Positions 59,610 through 64,000 of a stretch of DNA of 64,000 nucleotides are shown one piece after another. Made by a program: the position numbers and the translations under genes. Each line of letters begins with the position of its first letter. Positions within the stretch are counted from its first letter, which is position 1. Origin of the DNA: a bacterium (GTDB taxonomy: Bacteria; Sysuimicrobiota; Sysuimicrobiia; Sysuimicrobiales; Segetimicrobiaceae); assembly GCA_035307765.1 (NCBI GenBank), contig DATGHU010000034.1:127417-191416 (forward strand), given 5' to 3'. The notes beneath the pieces are model-generated. The model ran no database searches, was not told where the DNA came from, and saw nothing but the letters and a program-made list of their open reading frames with translations.

Positions 59610-59777
59610 CTATCCCTTGATCATCCGGATAATCTGGCCGCCGAAGAAGAGAATGACCGAGCCGATGATCACCCACAACGCGTTGCGAACGCCGTTGCGG
59701 TGATCGGCCACGATGAGCGCCCCGGCGACGAGGAGGGCAGCCGTGGCGTAGGCGAGCCCGAACGCGGCGCAATACAA
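59610..59777 (-). CDS. putative T4SS pilin-like (VirB2/TrbC-like) hydrophobic peptide, not in ORF track as a separate gene
   Basis: Alternative minus-strand frame gives (TTG)-YCAAFGLAYATAALLVAGALIVADHRNGVRNALWVIIGSVILFFGGQIIRMIKG-stop. Two hydrophobic helices separated by a charged loop. The annotated frame over the same DNA is Arg-rich and looks non-coding. Confidence 0.3.
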   Translation of the reverse strand: MYCAAFGLAYATAALLVAGALIVADHRNGVRNALWVIIGSVILFFGGQIIRMIKG

Positions 59778-59851
59778 CTCCCGGGTCGGAGCAGGCGACG
59801 CCGTCCCCCCACAATCTCAGACACACATTCGCCACATCACGAGAATGGGTG

Positions 59852-59949
59852 CGAAACACGATAAGTTTGACAAGGAACTCCGCTTTACACCGCGGCGGAG
59901 ATCGCCAAGATGACGCCCGCCCACGCCAGCAGCTTCGCCGACGCCGCCC
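59852..59949 (+). repeat. direct repeat copy 1 (degenerate duplicate of the PrimPol 5' end)
   Basis: About 83% identical to 61198-61296; contains ATG plus a 24-codon truncated reading frame MTPAHASSFADAAL... matching the PrimPol N-terminus MNAAHASSFADAAL. Confidence 0.7.
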
Positions 59950-59990
59950 TGCGCCCTGTATCTACCCGGCGAGACGAATGGTGACAGAAA

Positions 59991-60347
59991 ATGAGCAGTC
60001 GGATATCGAAGAGCCATAAAGTCCAGTTCCTCCTAGCGGCCCAGAGGGCCGGCTTCATTGTGCTCCACAACTCCGTAGGGGTCTTTTCTCTGAGTGCAAC
60101 GTTCGAGGCGCAGGTGCGGAGAAAAACGATCAGGTTCCTCGTCTATGGGGAGCAACATGAGATCCGGCGGCAAATTAAGCGGGCGTTGCGGCAATTTGAT
60201 GCGCTCAACGATGAGGAATTTAGACGCGACTTCGAAGTCCCCTGCTGGTTTCTGTTCGGTGATTTTCCAGAGGTACTATTCGGACCCCGAGACATCGCGG
60301 GGTACATTCGCTTGTTGCTGAACGTGCGAAAAATACTTCACTACTGA
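59991..60347 (+). CDS. hypothetical protein (lower-GC cassette gene 1)
   Basis: 118 aa; GGTGA RBS; local GC about 52% versus about 70% for the surroundings; no recognisable domain. Confidence 0.5.
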   Translation: MSSRISKSHKVQFLLAAQRAGFIVLHNSVGVFSLSATFEAQVRRKTIRFLVYGEQHEIRRQIKRALRQFDALNDEEFRRDFEVPCWFLFGDFPEVLFGPRDIAGYIRLLLNVRKILHY

Positions 60348-60362
60348 CACAATGGAGGTGGG

Positions 60363-61187
60363 ATGAAAATGCACCGGGCCCTTCTGGTCGTCCTTGATAC
60401 TGCAAGGCGTGATCGGGACACAGTGGAAACGGCGGTCGCGGAACAAATGGCGACGTTCGGTGGGGACGCTGAGAGCGGCGGCCTGTGGGACAGTTGGCAG
60501 ATCGGAGGCCGGTGCACCGGCTACCTGTCCGGTTACCGTCCTTCACAAGACAAGCGGAACTACTCGCCGTGCGAATTCTGCGGCGGAAAGGGAACGCGCC
60601 CGCTCGGCGGGACGGCGCCAGAGCTAGACGCGTGGTATGCGGCGCGCGCCCTTGACTCCGGCGTGTTCCCGGTGATCGGTAAGGGCTGCAACGGGTGTCT
60701 GGGCACCGGCTGGAGATGGAACGACCTGTTGTGCCAGCCGCCGCACGACGGCGACATTATGCGACACGATGAGATTGATCTGGACGCGTTGCTCAGGCGT
60801 CGGCGGGCCGATGCCGCCGAGCTTCACCGGTGGTTGCGACGGGATCGGACCCTACGTCCGCGCGCCGAACGCGAGAAGATCCTCGCGATGACCGAAGCTG
60901 AGTACGTCGCGACCGTTCCGGCATTCTCGCCGTTCAAGGCCTTTCTCCGGTATAGACACTGGATTGAGCGAGAGCCGTTGGACATGGGCCTGAGCTGGTC
61001 GATTCGCACCGAGTGCGAGAGGGCTGTCCGGACAACGAGCCCGGCCTCTGTAACGCGAAGGATCGAGGCCGACACGACTATCATCATTTATGAGGACGCC
61101 GACGATTGGGCCCGGCAGTTCTATGAGCGGTTCGTCGAGCACCTGCCGGGGAGCACCCTGCTCGTGGTCGTGGACTTCCACGTGTAG
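60363..61187 (+). CDS. hypothetical protein with DnaJ-type CxxCxGxG zinc-finger repeats (cassette gene 2)
   Basis: 274 aa; GGAGGTG RBS; two CxxCxGxG motifs (CEFCGGKG, CNGCLGTG); GC about 62%. Confidence 0.55.
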   Translation: MKMHRALLVVLDTARRDRDTVETAVAEQMATFGGDAESGGLWDSWQIGGRCTGYLSGYRPSQDKRNYSPCEFCGGKGTRPLGGTAPELDAWYAARALDSGVFPVIGKGCNGCLGTGWRWNDLLCQPPHDGDIMRHDEIDLDALLRRRRADAAELHRWLRRDRTLRPRAEREKILAMTEAEYVATVPAFSPFKAFLRYRHWIEREPLDMGLSWSIRTECERAVRTTSPASVTRRIEADTTIIIYEDADDWARQFYERFVEHLPGSTLLVVVDFHV

Positions 61188-61197
61188 CAGGCATGCG

Positions 61198-61296
61198 ACG
61201 AAACTCAATAAGTGTGACAAGGAACTCCTCTTCTGCATCGCGGCGGAGATCGCTCGGATGAACGCGGCCCATGCCAGCAGCTTCGCCGACGCCGCC
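61198..61296 (+). repeat. direct repeat copy 2 (authentic 5' end of PrimPol gene)
   Basis: Matches 59852-59949; spans the PrimPol start codon 61258. Confidence 0.7.
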
Positions 61297-62451
61297 CTCG
61301 AATTCCGTAGAGCCGGGCTGAACGTGATCCCGGTGATCACCGGCGCGAAGCGGCCCCCTCGCGGCTTCCGGTGGCGGCGCTGGCAGAAGGACTGTCAGAC
61401 AGGCCGCGACCTCGACCGCCTTCGCAGCAGATACCCCGACTACGGGACGGCTGTCATCCTCGGGGGACCTGGGGGACTCGTGGACCTCGACGTGGACGGC
61501 GAGGACGGCGAAATGCACCTGAACGACATCCGTCTACCGGTGCCGGAGACCGCAGAGTTCGCCTCGCCGCGCGGCCGTCACCGTCTGTACCGGTCTTCCG
61601 TCCGCCTCTCGCGCCAGATTGGCCTCCGGCCGAACCTCGATGTCCTCGGGGCCGGCTACGTCGTAGTCCCGCCGTCCCTCGGCAGGCGGTGGCTCCGACC
61701 GCTCAGTGATCTGAATGAACTGCCCGGGGAATGGCTCGAACTGTTGCGGACGCGTGTCCCTCCCCCCGTCGCTTCTCGCCCCGCACCCCCTAAGAAGCAA
61801 GTAACGAGAGAGGGGGGGTGTGGCGCCGCCGGGCGCAACTGGCTGGCGGATCTCTACCGGGACGCTGCTACGGTCCGGGCGGTGGCCGCCGTCCTGGGGA
61901 TCCCGGGCGAGGTCGGCCGCGGCTTCCGCTGCATTCTCCCCGGGCACGGCGAGACGAGCCCCTCGGCATCGCTCGGCCTGAACAGCGTCGGCATCCCCGT
62001 CTACTACGACTGGCACGAGCGGGATGGCCTGAAGGTCCTGACGCTCCCCGAGGTCCGCGCGGCGCTCGCATACGGCGAGGTCCGCCAGCTCCGGGGACCA
62101 GGGTTGGCGACGTGGGGGCTGCGCTTGCTCGTGGAGGCAGGCGTCCTGCACCCGGTCCGCGTGGAGCCCCCGCCGCTGCCCGATTGGGAGCCACCCTACG
62201 TCCGCCAGGTATACGACGGCTTCCTGTTCCTTCTGGGCTGCAAGTGGCTGCACACGCCCGGGGCGCCGACGGCCTTCTCTTGGAGGTTCGCGGCAGCGTG
62301 GTGCGGCGTCCCCCAGAAGCAGGCGGGCGAGGCGATCCACCACCTGTGCTACGAGGGCTACATGCACATCGTGGACCCGGCGGGGCCGGTCACGCTGTTC
62401 CTGCCGGGGCCTCGCCATGCTGCCGCTACGCTTACGACCCATGTTTCGTAG
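61258..62451 (+). CDS. bifunctional DNA primase/polymerase (Prim-Pol domain) protein
   Basis: Start MNAAHASSF at 61258; Prim-Pol N-terminal motifs (GLNVIPVITGAKRP...GFRWRRWQ; GTAVILGGPGGLVDLDVDGEDG; GRHRLY). Confidence 0.75.
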   Translation: MNAAHASSFADAALEFRRAGLNVIPVITGAKRPPRGFRWRRWQKDCQTGRDLDRLRSRYPDYGTAVILGGPGGLVDLDVDGEDGEMHLNDIRLPVPETAEFASPRGRHRLYRSSVRLSRQIGLRPNLDVLGAGYVVVPPSLGRRWLRPLSDLNELPGEWLELLRTRVPPPVASRPAPPKKQVTREGGCGAAGRNWLADLYRDAATVRAVAAVLGIPGEVGRGFRCILPGHGETSPSASLGLNSVGIPVYYDWHERDGLKVLTLPEVRAALAYGEVRQLRGPGLATWGLRLLVEAGVLHPVRVEPPPLPDWEPPYVRQVYDGFLFLLGCKWLHTPGAPTAFSWRFAAAWCGVPQKQAGEAIHHLCYEGYMHIVDPAGPVTLFLPGPRHAAATLTTHVS

Positions 62452-62586
62452 AGGCTACCCGTGTACGAGACCATCGTCGACTCTCCCGTCCAGGGTCGCT
62501 GCAAGGTCCCCCCCACCGTGTGTGGTGAGCCCCAGGCATCAAAACTGCACCTGGACCAAGGCGGTTATTCGAAGGGAGGCGATGGA

Positions 62587-63798
62587 ATGGCTGATGTGAA
62601 TGTACTGGAGGCGCTTAGGGAGCGGGCGCGCACGGCAAGGGACGAAGTACGAAGCCTGATTGACGAGAATGTGATCAAGGCGACGCGCCGGTACCTACGC
62701 CAGCCTGTCTTCTTATCCACGAAGGAAGAGCGCGCGGTGGTCGCGGCGTACATTGCGCTCTGCCACGTGACACCAATTGGAGCGATCCGGTGGGCGCCCT
62801 ACCTGGGAGTACACAACTCCGCGGGTACTGGCAAGAGCACCTTGGGCGAGGTCATGGCGTCGCTGACTGCCGGAACCGTTTCCGGTGGCCACACAGCAGC
62901 GTCAGTCTACCGGTGGCTGGACGAGAACGTCGGCCGTCTCTTCGTCGCGGACGAGGGTGAAAGGATACTGCGCGGCGCGCGCAGGGAGGGCTTCGAAGAG
63001 ATCCTTCTCAACGGCAATAACATCAAGGGCACAATCAGGCGTGGTCGTCCCGGCCCAAAGGGTGCAGGCTGCGACACGTATCGGGTGTTCGGGCCGAAAC
63101 TGATCGTCAGCATCCGCGGGGCTGAGGCGAGCACGGCTCTGGCGCGGCGGATCATCATAATCGAGATGAAGGAACCGCCGGTGGCGGAGTTCAGTTCGCT
63201 ACGGATCCAGCGGCTGGAGCAGGAGTTGTGTAACGCGCTGGAGTCGTGGGCCAAGACGCACCGGGACGAGGTCCGCGACCGGTATCTATCTTACAGCCAT
63301 AGTGCGACGTACGGATCGGGGTGGCAGTTCGCCAACCAATCGCAGCGGCAACTCTGGGCCGGGATGCTCGCCGTCGCGGAAGTCGCTGGTCTATTGGAAC
63401 CCGTGGCGACTTATTGCCGCGCCCACGAACAGGCGGCCGAGAGGCGGATTGAGTCGCCGCTGGGAGACGCGCTGTTGGAGCTGTTCGACACGCTGCCCGC
63501 CGGTCAGTATCGGTACACGGACCTGAGCGAACGACTCCGGCAGCGCCATGGCGCGAGAGCTGATCGCTGGTCGGAGGAGAGGATCGGCAGGATCATCGCC
63601 AAACGGGAGCGCCACCCGCGCGTAGGCCCCGTCGAGAAGGACATGCGGAGTCGCTACGTGGTCCTGAGCGGGGCCCCCGTCACCCCCTCCCCGCAACCGT
63701 CCCAGCCGCCGGACATGGGGACGCTGATCGCGGCTACCGCGGCAGCCGTCGCGGCCGCCACACAGAGTGGAGCGCGCAAGCCGAGCGCACGCGGTTAG
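62587..63798 (+). CDS. P-loop NTPase (primase-associated, DUF3631/P4-primase C-terminal-like)
   Basis: GGGAGG RBS 8 nt before ATG 62587; Walker A NSAGTGKSTLG, Walker B LFVADEGE. Confidence 0.6.
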   Translation: MADVNVLEALRERARTARDEVRSLIDENVIKATRRYLRQPVFLSTKEERAVVAAYIALCHVTPIGAIRWAPYLGVHNSAGTGKSTLGEVMASLTAGTVSGGHTAASVYRWLDENVGRLFVADEGERILRGARREGFEEILLNGNNIKGTIRRGRPGPKGAGCDTYRVFGPKLIVSIRGAEASTALARRIIIIEMKEPPVAEFSSLRIQRLEQELCNALESWAKTHRDEVRDRYLSYSHSATYGSGWQFANQSQRQLWAGMLAVAEVAGLLEPVATYCRAHEQAAERRIESPLGDALLELFDTLPAGQYRYTDLSERLRQRHGARADRWSEERIGRIIAKRERHPRVGPVEKDMRSRYVVLSGAPVTPSPQPSQPPDMGTLIAATAAAVAAATQSGARKPSARG

Positions 63799-64000
63799 GC
63801 GGCATTGTCCCCATGCCGGTTATGCCGGTATGCCGGTAATTCAGGCACTATGGGCCGGTCCCGCCACCGCATCTGAACTTGAGAGCACAAGTCCAGGCAA
63901 GTCCGGGAGGCGAGCCGTGGTCGAAGGGGAGCTCGGGGGTTACCCTCGGGCCCCAGAGTCGGACTCGTCCTCGGAGATTCTCGGGGGCGTAGAGCCCATT

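Noticed and set aside
59284-59859. Full 191-aa ORF as a single VirB3-like gene
   Set aside because: The first 85 codons are Arg-rich and non-protein-like, and overlap a much more plausible hydrophobic pilin-like frame; start moved to the internal Met at 59604.

Overview
High-GC (~70%) bacterial chromosomal segment, densely coded. I found no rRNA, tRNA or CRISPR. The left 49 kb is mostly core metabolism in Bacillus-like synteny on the minus strand: tatC, an ECF sigma / anti-sigma / RseB-like operon, two TrkA-type RCK proteins, pth, rplY(ctc), dCMP deaminase, upp, glyA, tsaC, prmC, prfA, rpmE, an M23/LysM peptidase, rho, an SLH S-layer-type protein, argS, glpX and htrA. A plus-strand block follows with a complete accD-accA-accB-accC operon, ArsR plus AlkA, and pcp. 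Next come a ROK kinase, an M24 peptidase remnant, an SPFH protein, pepE, an orphan MsmX-like ABC ATPase, and a co-transcribed GAF-GGDEF / GAF-HD-GYP pair. Then comes a sugar module: PGI/PMI, a GT4 glycosyltransferase, glucosyl-3-phosphoglycerate synthase (gpgS), mscS, a GH57 branching-type enzyme, glgC and a second GH57 protein. The right ~12 kb (about 51.8-64 kb) looks like an integrated conjugative element. It carries a VirD4-type coupling protein, a VirB6-like membrane protein, VirB4, a VirB3-like protein, a probable unannotated pilin-like ORF, a PrimPol primase-polymerase and a P-loop ATPase. Inside it, a lower-GC two-gene cassette of unknown function is bracketed by ~98-bp direct repeats that duplicate the 5' end of the PrimPol gene. 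I consider this cassette the most interesting candidate for an undescribed accessory system (defence, anti-defence or addiction). All calls are by eye from the ORF translations, with no database searches, so family assignments are recognition-based.
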